Below, in pieces: positions 20,754 through 33,352 of a DNA stretch of 64,000 nt (positions within the stretch are counted from its first letter, which is position 1; every line of letters begins with the position of its first letter). The stretch spans positions 146,630,001 to 146,694,000 of the forward strand of contig NC_091283.1 of NCBI RefSeq assembly GCF_032444005.1, read 5' to 3'. The translations under genes and the position numbers were made by a program. The notes under the pieces were generated by a model. The model worked only from the letters and a program-made list of their open reading frames with translations. It searched no databases and was not told the DNA's origin. The DNA is from Ranitomeya imitator. Its lineage: Eukaryota.

Positions 20754-22759
20754 ATGTCAAAGAAGCGTCACATTAAATCAGCTGTATTTGAACATTTCAC
20801 CATCACTCAAGATAGAAAACATTATGTCTGTCAGTGTATGACAAATGATCCAGACGAAAACAAATGCTGTGAAGCCAAGATCAGTGCATATTCATGCAAA
20901 GATAAAAATGCTCCTACCAGAGCTTCTAATCTAAAGAGACATTTACAGCGCTTTCATCCATAAGTACTGAAAGCAGTGGATGAGAAAGACTGCATCCAAA
21001 CCAATGAACCAGTGCCCAGCTCTTCCAGCCAAACAAAGGAGCAGAGAACTTGGCAGCCATCAGTTGCAAGATATTTTGTCAGTGACAAAGTTACTGTGAC
21101 AATGACAGTAGATACATTTAAAAAACAGATCATAGAGCTTGTTGTAAAGGATAGTGTGCCTATTTCATTATTTTCACGAATAGCTTTTATGTGTCTGAAT
21201 GGGGAAACGTCCCGCAAGCTTGGTGTTTCTCTGGAGAGAGAGAGAGTATTAGAAAATTAGTAATCGAAGAAGCTTTTAAACAAAAGGAAGAACTTAAAAA
21301 AACTCTCAAGGGACGCTTTCTGTTTCTTAAAATGGATGCCTGCACACGTCACAGAGTGAACTATTTTGCCATCAATGTCCGATTTGTTTGTGACGAAAAT
21401 GAAATAGTTACCAAGACATTGGCAGTAAAAAACTCCAAAGCTCATCACACCAGTGAGTTTCTCCAGGTCTTGGTGGAAAAGGTTCTGCAAGACTATGAAC
21501 TTAAAAGACAGCAAGTTCTTTCTGTCGTAACTGACAATGCTTCAAATATGATAAGTACTATTAAGCTAATGAATGAGAGTAATGATGGTGACTAGCAGCT
21601 AGAAGAACATTCTGGGTCCACAGACAGAAATGTTTGAAATAGAGGAACACGGTATTGTAACTGAGGAGCTAACTGAAGTTGCTTCAGATGAACAGCAACA
21701 TGATATTTTAGATGATCTTGTTGAAACTGTGTCAATACGTTCTTTCATTCATCACATGCGCCGTGTTGTGCATACGCTACAGCTGGCTATAAGAGACAGT
21801 CTGCAAGAAGGACATGCTGCTGCACTGATTGGCAAGGTGAGAAAATTGGCTACTGTTGCCAGAACCCCTAAAGTTGACTCAATTTTGAAGAGACATGCTG
21901 GAAAAGGGGCAATTATTGATCAAGCCACAAGATGGGGCAGTACTTAATGATTCAGCGCTTGGTTGAACTGAAAACCTTTCTTGTAGACATGGCAAACCCT
22001 CAACTGACGCTAAATGAAAGTCAGTGGAATCAGGTGACTGAGCTGGAAAAATTGCTAGAGCACCCATTTACAGTGACTAAAAAATTACAAGCAGAGGACT
22101 TAACTCCAGGTATTTTCTTAAAGGAGTGGAAGAACCTGATGTTTCGCCTGTCCCAAAGAGGAGGGTTAATTGCAAGTGGCATTGCTACATCAATGAAACG
22201 GAGAGAGGAGCTACTATCACAAAATAACATTCTTTTGGCAGCTGTTTATGTAGACCCAATGCATCGGATTCTTCTAGATGATCAACAGCTAACTAAAGGA
22301 AAAGAAGCTCTGTTTGAAATAGCAGTAAGGATGAAAGGGTTGCAGAACAGTCAGGAGGAGCAAGAAGAATTTGGTCGTCCTGCCACATCTTCACCCTCAT
22401 CAACTGATGCAAAATTTAATTTCGAAAAATATTTGAATCACAAGGACCGTGCAAAGCGTTCCCGCGTAGAAGAGTCATCCCCATCAAAGAACACAGCCAG
22501 TACATTTCAGCAGAATTTTTCATGTGCACTAAAAGAAATTGAGAAATTTGACCGTTCATCAAAAATAACAGTGCAACAAGCGATTCCTCTGTATCCTGAC
22601 ATTGTCAGAGATGTTGCCCGAGTGGTTACTGCTTTGCCACCAACCCAAGTTAGTGTAGAGAGGTTGTTCTCTGCTCTCAAAATAATTAGATCAGATTTGA
22701 GGGCATCCATGAAGGAGGATCTGACAGAGGCAATACTTTTTCTGAGGACAAATTTATAG
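20754..22759 (+). pseudogene. hAT transposase with BED zinc finger, disrupted by stops and frameshifts
   Basis: AVFEHF..YVCQC..CEAKI..SNLKRHLQRFHP (BED finger), FLKMDACT, VVTDNASNM, TRWGS and C-terminal LPPTQVSVERLFS dimerisation motif, spread over five ORF fragments. Confidence 0.9.
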
Positions 22760-22782
22760 ATTTCTTCTTATTAACTGCATAA

Positions 22783-23072
22783 GGGTATGTGCACACGTTG
22801 CAGATTTCCTGCAGAACTGGAGCTTTTTTTTTCCACGCAGAAACGCTGCAGATCTGCAAGTGATTTACAGTACAATGTAAATCAATGGCAAAATAAAAAT
22901 GCTGTGCTAATGGTGCAGAAAATTCTGCACAGAAAACGCAGCAGATTAAAAAAGGACCATGTCAATTCTTTGTGCAGAACTGCTGCGTTTCTGCACCCAT
23001 TCCATAATAGAAATCTGCAGGGGTAAAAAAAGGAAGAAATCTGCACAAAAATCTGCAACGTGTGCATCAGCC
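22783..23072. mobile_element. Harbinger-type MITE, same family as 3751-4060
   Basis: GGGTATGTGCACACG...CGTGTGCATCAGCC, TAA on both sides. Confidence 0.8.
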
Positions 23073-23075
23073 TAA

Positions 23076-25355
23076 GGCCGGCTTCACACTTGCGAGTTTT
23101 ACAGACGTAAGAGCGCAGAAACTACGTCCGTAAAACTCGCAAAAAATACGGCACAATTATTCTCTATGCCCCTGCTCCTATCTGCCGTATTTTACTGATC
23201 AGTATTATACGGCTTTCTACGGCCGTACAAAATCGCAGCATGCTGCGTTTGTCACCGTACTGCGCAAGAAATACGCCAATGAAAGTCTATGGAAGCGTGA
23301 AAAATACGGATTTCACACGGACAAGCAGTGTGACTTGCGAGAAATACGCAGCGCTGTTAGAGAGAAAAGCCGGTAATTCAGTGCGGTGTACAGTAAAATC
23401 ACACTGACAGCTTACAGTCCAATAGGTAGAATAAATGTGTACACGTAGAATAGGTATATATATATATATATGTCAGTGAGACACATATATGTATATATAT
23501 TACTATTTATTCCAGCGCTATACAGCTTGAAAGCCGGTAATTCAATTACCGGCTTTTTCTTTCTCCTTCCTAAAACCCGACATGATTTGAGACATGGTTT
23601 ACATACAGTAAACCATGTCTTCTCTCCATTTTTTTTTGCAGATTCCACACTACTAATGTCAGTAGTGTGTATCTGCAAAATTTGGCCGTTCTAGCTCTTA
23701 AAATAAAGGGTTAAATGGCGGAAAAAATTGGCGTGGGCTCCCGCGCAATTTTCTCCGCCAGAGTAGTAAAGCCAGTGACTGAGGGCAGATATTAATAGCC
23801 TGGAGAGGGTCCATGGTTATTGGGCCCCCCCCTGGCTAAAAATATCTGCCCCCAGCCACCCCAGAAAAGGCACATCTGGAAGATGCGCCTATTCTGGCAC
23901 TTGGCCACTCTCTTCCCATTCCCGTGTAGCGGTGGGATATGGGGTAATGAAGGGTTAATGCCACCTTGCTATTGTAAGGTGACATTAAGCCTAATTAATA
24001 ATGGAGAGGCGTCAATTATGACACCTATCCATTATTAATCCAATTGAATGAAAGGGTTAAATAAAACACAAACACATTATTTAAAATTATTTTAATGAAA
24101 TAAAAACAATGGTTGTTGGAGTATTTTATTCTACGCCCAATCCAATCACTGAAGACCCTCGTTCTGTGAAAGAAAAAACATAATAAACCAACAATATACT
24201 TACCCTCCGCAGATCTGTAACGTCCAACGATGTAAATCCTTCTGAAGGGGTTAAAACATTTTGCAGCAAGGAGCTTTGCTAATGCAGGCTGCTCCTCGCT
24301 GCAAAACCCCGGGGAATGAGTCTAAATATAGATCAATGAGCTATATTTAGCTTCATTTGCGGTGAGGCGCCCTCTGCTGGATGTTCATAGATCGTGGGAA
24401 ATTTCCTAGAAAGCTCCCAGGCTTTCTAGGCAAGTTCCCACGATCTATAAACAGCCAGCAGAGGGCGCCTCACCGCAAATGAAGCTAAATATAGCTCATT
24501 GATCTATATTTAGACTCATTCCCCGGGGTTTTGCAGCGAGGAGCAGCCTGCATTAGCAAAGTTCCTTGCTGCAAAATGTTTTAACCCCTTCAGAAGGATT
24601 TACATCGTTGGACGTTACAGATCTGCGGAGGGTAAGTATATTGTTGGTTTATTATGTTTTTTCTTTCACAGAACGAGGGTCTTCAGTGATTGGATTGGGC
24701 GTAGAATAAAATACTCCAACAACCATTGTTTTTATTTCATTAAAATAATTTTAAATAATGTGTTTGTTTTATTTAACCCTTTCATTCAATTGGATTAATA
24801 ATGGATAGGTGTCATAATTGACGCCTCTCCATTATTAATTAGGCTTAATGTCACCTTACAATAGCAAGGTGGCATTAACCCTTCATTACCCCATATCCCA
24901 CCGCTACACGGGAATGGGAAGAGAGTGGCCAAGTGCCAGAATAGGCGCATCTTACAGATGTGCCTTTTCTGGGGTGGCTGGGGGCAGATATTTTTAGCCA
25001 GGGGGGGGCCAATAACCATGGACCCTCTCCAGGCTATTAATATCTGCCCTCAGTCACTGGCTTTACTACTCTGGCGGAGAAAATTGCGTGGGAGCCCACG
25101 CCAATTTTTTCCGCCATTTAACCCTTTATTTTAAGAGCTAGAACGGCCAAATTTTGCAGATACACACTACTGACATTAGTAGTGTGGAATCTGCAAAAAA
25201 AATGGAGAGAAGACATGGTTTACTGTATGTAAACCATGTCTCAAATCATGTCGGGTTTTAAGAAGGAGAAAGAAAAAGCCGGTAATTGAATTACCGGCTT
25301 TCAAGCTGTATAGCGCTGGAATAAATATTAATATATATACATATATGTGTCTAAT

Positions 25356-25393
<38 letters not shown>

Positions 25394-25646
25394 CAGTATA
25401 TATATATATTTTTTTCTTTTTGGGACACATGGATCATTTCTATAGCGGTATGTTGGTTTTGCAAGCCTGCGAGAAAACCACGCAGTACGGATGCCATACG
25501 GATTACATACGGAGGATGCCATGCGCAAAAAACGCTGACACACCCTGCCTACGGAGGAGCTACGGACCACTATTTTCGGGACATTTCAGCGTATTACGGC
25601 CGTAATATGCGGACCGTATTTTCATACGCTGAGTGTGAAGCTGGCC
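23076..25646. mobile_element. Harbinger-type non-autonomous element carrying a 1.9-kb internal hairpin
   Basis: TIR GGCC(G/A)GCTTCACACT; TAA TSD (23073-23075, 25647-25649); internal inverted arms about 23455-24414 and 24421-25370. Confidence 0.85.
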
Positions 25647-26172
25647 TAACAGTGTTTATTGCATATTTATTTACAAGAGTTTAGAAAAGTTATTTGCTAT
25701 ATTCTAATTGTATTCTAATAAATATAGTTTTTGCTCTAAGTGGTCTGATTACTTATATGATGGTGAGAAACTGAATAAGCACGATGTTAATATTTGACAA
25801 CAGTAAATTTGTTACGAATTGGCCATTTATGAAGGAGTCGGAACCTGATCAAATCCAGGAGTCGGAGTCGCAACTGTGGCTTACCGACTCCACAGCCCTG
25901 AGTCCATCCCAAACTTGTGCAAGTCTACAATTTTGTCCCTGGTGACCTCTTTGGTCTTGGCCATGGTGGAAAGGTTAGAGTGTGATTGATTGAGTGAACA
26001 GGTGTCTTTTATACAGGTAATGAGTTCAAACAGGTGCAATTAATACATGATATGCAGAGTTGGAGAGCTTCTTAAAGAAAAGCTAACAGGACTGTGAGAG
26101 CCAGAATTCTTGCTGGTTGGTAGGTGATAAACGTTCATGCAATAAAATGCAATTTAATTATATATACACCAG

Positions 26173-29100
26173 CAGGGCCGGATTGGCCATCGGACATTTC
26201 TGGCAAATGCCAGAAGGGCTGGTGGTAGTCGAGGGCTGCTCACCAGGGCAGACTGCAGCTGCTGAGACCGGAGCCGGGAGCAGCGCGGGGCATGACAAAA
26301 GGTGAGGAGTGTTTTTTTTTTTTTTTTTAAATATATCAATGAGTGATAACTGGATTGTGGGGCTATTGGAGGAGCTGTATTACATTCTATGGGGGCTGTG
26401 CTGTATTACATTCTATGGGGGCTGTGCTGCATTACATTCTATGGGGGCTGTGCTGCATTACATTCTATGGGGGCTGTGCTGCATTACATTCTATGGGGGG
26501 CTGGCTGCATTACATTCTAAGGGGGGCTGTATTACATTCTATGGGGGAGGGCTGTATTACATTCTATGGGGCTACATTATATTCTATGGGGGCTGTATTA
26601 TATTCTATGGGGAGGTGGGCTGTATTCAGCGTCGGACTGGAGCACCTTGGGCCCACCAGAGAAAATCATTCTTGGGGCCCACTATGTAGCTACATAGAAA
26701 TAGGTACAAGACCACCAATTGTGCGGTAATAAGCGCTAATATCAGGGTATAAGGTAGTACACGTCTTAATTATGTAGCAGGGGTTGGGGTAGCCCCCTCG
26801 CAGAATATAATTTAGCCCCCTCATAAAATGTAATGCAGTCCCCTCTAATAGAATATAATGCAGCACCCCACAAAATATAATGCAACCCCCTCAGGTATAA
26901 CGCAGTCCCCACCATAAAATATAATGTAGCACCCTTATAGGGTATAATGCAGCCCCCCTCATATAGTATAATGCAGCCACCACAGAATATAATGTAGTCA
27001 ACTGAGAGAATGCAGCCCCACCACAGAATATAATGCAGCCCCCCATAGAGTATACTGTAGCCTCCTCACATAGTATGATGTAGCCCGCCATAATATAATG
27101 TAGTCCTCTGAGAATAATGCAGTCCCCCCACAGAATATAATGTAGCCCCCTCATAAAGTATAATGCAGCCCCTCTCCACCCCCATCATTGTCCTCATCAC
27201 CATCTCCATCATTGCCTTCTCCCCATCACCCCTCTCATTCTCCCCCACCACCTCCATCACTGCCCATTCCACCACCTGCATCATTGCCTCCTCTCCCACC
27301 ATCATTGTCCATTTCATCACCTCCATCATTGCCTCCCCCACCACCATCCTTGCCCATCACCTCCATCATTGCTTCCCCCCACCATCATTGCCCATTTCAT
27401 CACCTCCATCATTGCCTCCCCCACCACCACCATTGCCCATCACCTCCATCATTGCCTCCCAACCATCATTGCCTATCACCTCCATCATTGCCTCCCATAC
27501 CATCATTACCTATCACCTCCATCATTGCCTCCCCTCGCCCTCATTGCCTATCACCTCCATCATTCCCTCCCTCACCATGATTGCCCATCACCTCCATCAT
27601 TGTCTCCCCCACCATCACTTCCATCATTGCCTCACCTCCATCATTGCCTCCCCACCACCACCATCATTGCCTTCCCTCACCCTCATTGACCATCACCTCC
27701 ATCATTCCTTCCCTCACCATGATTGCCAATCACCTCCATCATTGTCTCCCCCATCACTGCCCAACACTTCCATAATTGCCTCCCCTCACCTCCATCATTG
27801 CCTCCCCACCACCACCATCATTGCCCATCACCTCCATCATTGTCTTCCCCCCCCCACCATCATTACCCATCACCTCCATCATTGTCTCCCCAACCACCAT
27901 CATTGCCCATCACCTCCATCATTGTCTCCCCCGGCCCCCACCAATATCATTGTCCTTCACCCAACACACACAGCTCACCGCAGCTCATCACACACACACA
28001 CAAACACACTCTCTCACACACGCAGGCAGGCACACACGCAGGCACGCAGCACAGCTCACCTCCCCGCAGCAGCAGCTCATTCCAGCAACCTCTTCCTCGC
28101 TGGATTCCTGGAAGCTTTCTGACTGAGACAGCAGCACGCTGGCTGATGACGTCATCCAGCTGGGCTGTCTCAGACAGGAAGCAGGGCGCCGGGAGGTGAG
28201 CTGCTCTGTGAGTCTGTGTGCCTGCGTGTGTATGTGTGCGGTGCTGTGTGTGGGTGTGCGGTACTTTGTGTGTGTGTGGTGCGGCTTTACATGCGGGCAG
28301 TGTTAAGCTGCACCCTGTGGCTAACGCTGCCCGCTATTAAAGACGAATGGTATTCACGCCTCTTCCATGCCCATAGGGGCGTGGGGGAAGCGTGAATATT
28401 CATTTGGCTTTAGCAGCGGGGACAGGATCCTGTCTCCAGCTGCTGCTACTGGCACAGGGCGGGCCCTCTTGACTCAGGGGCCCTATAGCCACTGGCAAGG
28501 GGCCCCTGGAGCAGTGGGGGCCCTAGGCAGCTGCTGGCCAGTATGTCAGCAGGTGTCAGTGCCTGGGCCCACCGGAGAATCCTCCGGTGGGCCAGTCCGA
28601 GCCTAGCTGTATTACATTCTATGGGGGGCTGTATTACTTCTATGGGGGGCTGTATTACATTCTTTGGGGTGCTGTATTATACTCTATGGAGGGGCTACAT
28701 TATATTCTATGGGGGGCTGCATTATGCTCTATGAGGGGGCTACCATATATTATATATGCAGGGGCTGCATTATACTATATGAGGGGGCTGCATTATATTC
28801 TCTGGGGGTTACATTATACTCGGGACTACAATATATTCGGTGGGGTGGCTGCATTATACTCTGGGGTGGCATCATTATACTATATGTGGGCTGCATTATA
28901 CTGTGTCGAGGACTATGGGGAATACATTATACTATATGAAGAACTATGGGTGCATTATACATGGGAAGTGAATTGTACTACATGGATGACAATGGCAGGG
29001 CATTATACTATATGGAGCACTATGAGGAATGTATTATACTATTTGGAGGACTGAGGAGTGTATTATACTATATGGAGGAATTGCAGTGTATTTTAATATA

Positions 29101-29270
29101 TGGAGGTCTATAAGAAGTGTATTATACTATATGGAGGACTATGTGGAGTGTATAATACTATATGGAGGACTGAGGAGTGTATTATGCTATATGGAGGACT
29201 GAGGAGTGTATTATACTATATGGAGGACTGAGGTGCACATTATAATATATGGAGGACTATGGGGTGTATT
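26173..29270. repeat. Composite repeat region: MITE-like ends with ~20-22-bp tandem arrays and a G-poor CATCAT/CACC array (about 27180-27960)
   Basis: CAGGGCCGGATTGGCC and GGTGGGCCAGTCCG ends; arrays of CTG(C/T)ATTACATTCTATGGGGG; CACCTCCATCATTG repeats. Boundaries approximate. Confidence 0.6.
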
Positions 29271-30281
29271 ATACTAAACAAGCAAAATGCTGCCTATTCA
29301 TCGAGTGATTGGATTGTTTATGTGGGAACAGAAATCCTTGTTCTCAGCAGCACATCGCCGGTGTAAACTGTAGTTGTGCTGCTGATAACATGATACTGTA
29401 TGGGGACAGATTGATCTAATTGTGATTGTTCTGTTCCCTTCATTCTTTCTCAGTTGGTGTAAAGAGGCCGGGAAACAAGCAAACGACTTCAGTATTGTCG
29501 ATCACACTCGTTTAGCGGCCTGAGATCAGCGCATGTAAATACAGCAGAAATGCTTCGCAAGGAGATGAGGCAAGGATGATGATAGTTGCAGTTAGCACCC
29601 GGCACCTGGGAATAGCGCTAACCCTACTGCTTTTCCCAGCCGCCAGAGCATTTAATTCTGTGTAATGATTTTTAGGGTTGATGTCAGCTGTGTAATGTCA
29701 GCTGCTATCAATCCCTAGTGTAAGTAATGGAGTGGTCTATCAGACACACCCACTACTAGTCCAGACCTGGCGAGACCCAGCGACTCTGAAGAGCGGTGAC
29801 GGTAGTAACAGTACCGCTTTTCACAGTCGCAGAGCTCAGCGCAAGACCCGGAATATCTGAAGAGTGGTGACGTTACTGAGTTACTGATGTCACCGCTCTT
29901 CAGAGTCACCGTGTCTCGTGCTGCGCAGCGGAACCAAAAGTGGCTGTAGGCAACGTTTATGGAGCATCAGAATGAGGTTCCATAGCCTTTGGTCGTCCTA
30001 TCCCTTCATTATCTGCGAGATCCAGTTATCTAGGTAAAGTAGCAGCTTTTCTTGGTACTGCAACTAAAAGCAATAAATAGGACTGAGCTGTAATGCTGGA
30101 TACAGCTGTAATTATATGTTAGATAGTCGTGTTACACTCCCCTCACTTCTTGTAACCTACAAGTGTACAAATATATTATAGTCACCATGTGACAAGTGGG
30201 CCAGTGTAACTTCAAATGCCAGGGCTGAATTTTAGTCCCAGTCCGGCAATGTACACCAGTGACATCAGACCACTCTGAATA

Positions 30282-30316
<35 letters not shown>

Positions 30317-30319
<3 letters not shown>

Positions 30320-31925
30320 TGGGGCAAAAAAGTATTTAGTCAGTCAGCAATAGTGCAAGTTCCACCACTTAAAAAGATGAGAGGCGTCTGTAATTTACAT
30401 CATAGGTAGACCTCAACTATGGGAGACAAACTGAGAAAAAAAAATCCAGAAAATCACATTGTCTGTTTTTTTATCATTTTTTTTGCATATTATGGTGGAA
30501 AATAAGTATTTGGTCAGAAACAAACAATCAAGATTTCTGGCTCTCACAGACCTGTAACTTCTTCTTTAAGAGTCTCCTCTTTCCTCCACTCATTACCTGT
30601 AGTAATGGCACCTGTTTAAACTTGTTATCAGTATAAAAAGACCCCTGTGCACACCCTCAAACAGTCTGACTCCAAACTCCACTATGGTGAAGACCAAAGA
30701 GCTGTCAAAGGACACCAGAAACAAAATTGTAGCCCTGCACCAGGCTGGGAAGACTGAATCTGCAATAGCCAACCAGCTTGGAGTGAAGAAATCAACAGTG
30801 GGAGCAATAATTAGAAAATGGAAGACATACAAGACCACTGATAATCTCCCTCGATCTGGGGCTCCACGCAAAATCCCACCCCGTGGGGTCAGAATGATCA
30901 CAAGAACGGTGAGCAAAAATCCCAGAACCACGCGGGGGGACCTAGTGAATGAACTGCAGAGATCTGGGACCAATGTAACAAGGCCTACCATAAGTAACAC
31001 ACTACGCCACCATGGACTCAGATCCTGCAGTGCCAGACGTGTCCCACTGCTTAAGCCAGTACATGTCCGGGCCCGTCTGAAGTTTGCTAGAGAGCATTTG
31101 GATGATCCAGAGGAGTTTTGGGAGAATGTCCTATGGTCTGATGAAACCAAACTGGAACTGTTTGGTAGAAACACTGCTTGTCGTGTTTGGAGGAAAAAGA
31201 ATACTGAGTTGCATCCATCAAACACCATACCTACTGTAAAGCATGGTGGTGGAAACATCATGCTTTGGGGCTGTTTCTCTGCAAAGGGGCCAGGACGACT
31301 GATCCGGGTACATGAAAGAATGAATGGGGCCATGTATCGTGAGATTTTGAGTGCAAACCTCCTTCCATCAGCAAGGGCATTGAAGATGAAACGTGGCTGG
31401 GTCTTTCAACATGACAATGATCCAAAGCACACCGCCAGGGCAACGAAGGAGTGGCTTCGTAAGAAGCATTTCAAGGTCCTGGAGTGGCCTAGCCAGTCTC
31501 CAGATCTCAACCCTATAGAAAACCTTTGGAGGGAGTTGAAAGTCCGTGTTGCCAAGCGAAAAGCTGAAAAACATCACTGCTCTAGAGGAGATCTGCATGG
31601 AGGAATGGGCCAACATACCAACAACAGTATGTGGCAACCTTGTGAAGACTTACAGAAAACGTTTGACCTCTGTCATTGCCAACAAAGGATATATTACAAA
31701 GTATTGAGATGAAATTTTGTTTCTGACCAAATACTTATTTTCCACCATAATATGCAAATAAAATGTTAAAAAAACAGACAATGTGATTTTCTGGATTTTT
31801 TTTTTTCTCAGTTTGTCTCCCATAGTTGAGGTCTACCTATGATGTAAATTACAGATGTCTCTCATCTTTTTAAGTGGTGGAACTTGCACTATTGCTGACT
31901 GACTAAATACTTTTTTGCCCCACTG
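30317..31925 (+). mobile_element. Full-length Tc1 element (1609 bp) inserted in (TA)n
   Basis: Long TIRs CAGTGGGGCAAAAAAGTATTTAGTC...GACTAAATACTTTTTTGCCCCACTG, flanked by TA runs. Confidence 0.95.
30684..31712 (+). pseudogene. Tc1 DD34E transposase with one C-terminal frameshift
   Basis: [10 protein letters not shown].., [25 protein letters not shown] intact. Frame slips near 31565; the expected [13 protein letters not shown] is in another frame. Confidence 0.9.
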
Positions 31926-31990
<65 letters not shown>

Positions 31991-31993
<3 letters not shown>

Positions 31994-32524
31994 TGCTAGA
32001 AAAAACTAGAGGGAACACTAAAATCTCACATCCTAGGTATCACTGAATTAAATATTCCAGTTGAAAACCTTTATTCATTACATAGTGAACAATAAAACCT
32101 AAAAATGATCAACATAAATCACAACTAATATCCCACAGAGGTCTGGAGTTGGAATGATGCTTACAATCAAAGTGGAAAATAAAGTTACAGGCTGATCCAA
32201 CTTCAGTGGAAATGCCTCAAGACAAGGAAATGATTCTCAGTAGTGTGTGTGGCCTCCATGTGTCTGTATGACCTCCCTACAACGCCTGGGCATGCTCCTG
32301 AAGAGGTGGCGGGTGGTCTCCGAGTCCTGAGGGATCTCCTCCCAGACCTGGACTAAAGCATCCGCCAACTCCTGGACAGTCTGTGGTGCAACGTGACGTT
32401 GGTGGATGGTGCGACACATGATGTCACAGATGTGTTCAATCGGATTCAGGTCTGGGGAACGGGCAGGCCAGTCCATAGCTTCAATGCCTTCATCTGGCAG
32501 GAACTGCTGACACACTCCAGCCAC
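31991..32524 (-). mobile_element. 3' fragment of a Tc1-like element
   Basis: [13 protein letters not shown]...GGHTHY* on the minus strand and TIR CACTGCTAGAAAAAACTAGAGGGAACAC. Confidence 0.75.
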
Positions 32525-33315
32525 ATTTTACACAAAATCCCATGTGAAATCCACAGGGACAAAGAGGCATAAGCACTGAAATAATTAAAAAAAATATATC
32601 TTTAACTGTAATGTTAAAAAAACAATTAATATTCAGCAAGGGAAATTTCCGTATTTACATATAGCCTGGAGCGACCACCAAAACAGGTAAAGAGTATACC
32701 CAGCAGCAATTTAAATTCTGCAACATGTACCTATATATAAATCTTGAAGTCATACCAAACAGCAACCTGCTAAAGAAATTCCACCCAGTATATATAGCAT
32801 AGTGCACAGATTTGGGTGGGAACTACAATAAACAGCCAGCTGTGGTCCAATGACTAAACTGCATTTAATACAATCATGTATAACTAATCCCACACAAATA
32901 CTGGTGGGAAGAAAGAAGAGATCCCAATATAAAAACCAATGTTTATTAGTATATTTTAAAATAGTAAACAATAAAAAAGCAAAATAACCGCAGGGGACAC
33001 CAAAAGACAAGGAATAACAAGAGTAATCCGTACTCAATATGCACTCAGATTATGCCAGTAGATATTTCACTCCAGAGTACTAACATGAAATTATTTACAC
33101 AGTGGTTTAATATATCCAATACAAATATCGCTTCCAGATCACCACCTACCCACCATCAGACAACCTCAAAAATCACTAGCACAGTGGCTATATTATAAAG
33201 TATCGGTGGTGATAGGAGAATCCAAGCTGACCGCACTGAAGCAACATAGCTGACAAAAAGTATCCATAGCTGCAAAGAGAGGTAGTATTACCTTGTACTA
33301 GATGGCGTCGCCTCA

Positions 33316-33352
33316 CCCCGACGCGCGTTTCGCCTCCTGCTTCTTCCGGGGG
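33316..33352 (-). ncRNA. Hammerhead-ribozyme-like motif, U4G core variant
   Basis: Minus strand CCCC CGGAAGA AGCAGGAGGC GAAA CGCGC GTC GGGG in the Penelope 3' region. Confidence 0.55.

Larger units (their letters stand above)
19430..25900 (+). mobile_element. hAT DNA transposon
   Basis: 17-bp TIR CAGGGCTGTGGAGT(T/C)GG; 8-bp TSD AGCCCATC / AGTCCATC (one mismatch). Confidence 0.9.
18575..26160 (-). mobile_element. Degenerate Tc1 element interrupted by a hAT element
   Basis: TA|CAGTGGGGAAAATAAGTATT terminus; antisense transposase fragments ([23 protein letters not shown]). Tc1 sequence resumes exactly after the hAT at 25901. Right end eroded. Confidence 0.8.

Noticed and set aside
20754-22759. 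Possible domesticated ZBED-type gene
   Set aside because: Several stops and frameshifts, with TIRs and TSD retained, indicate a dead transposon.
27163-28199. His/Pro/Ile-rich ORFs up to 319 aa
   Set aside because: G-poor CATCAT/CACC tandem repeat; open in all frames with no splice or domain evidence.
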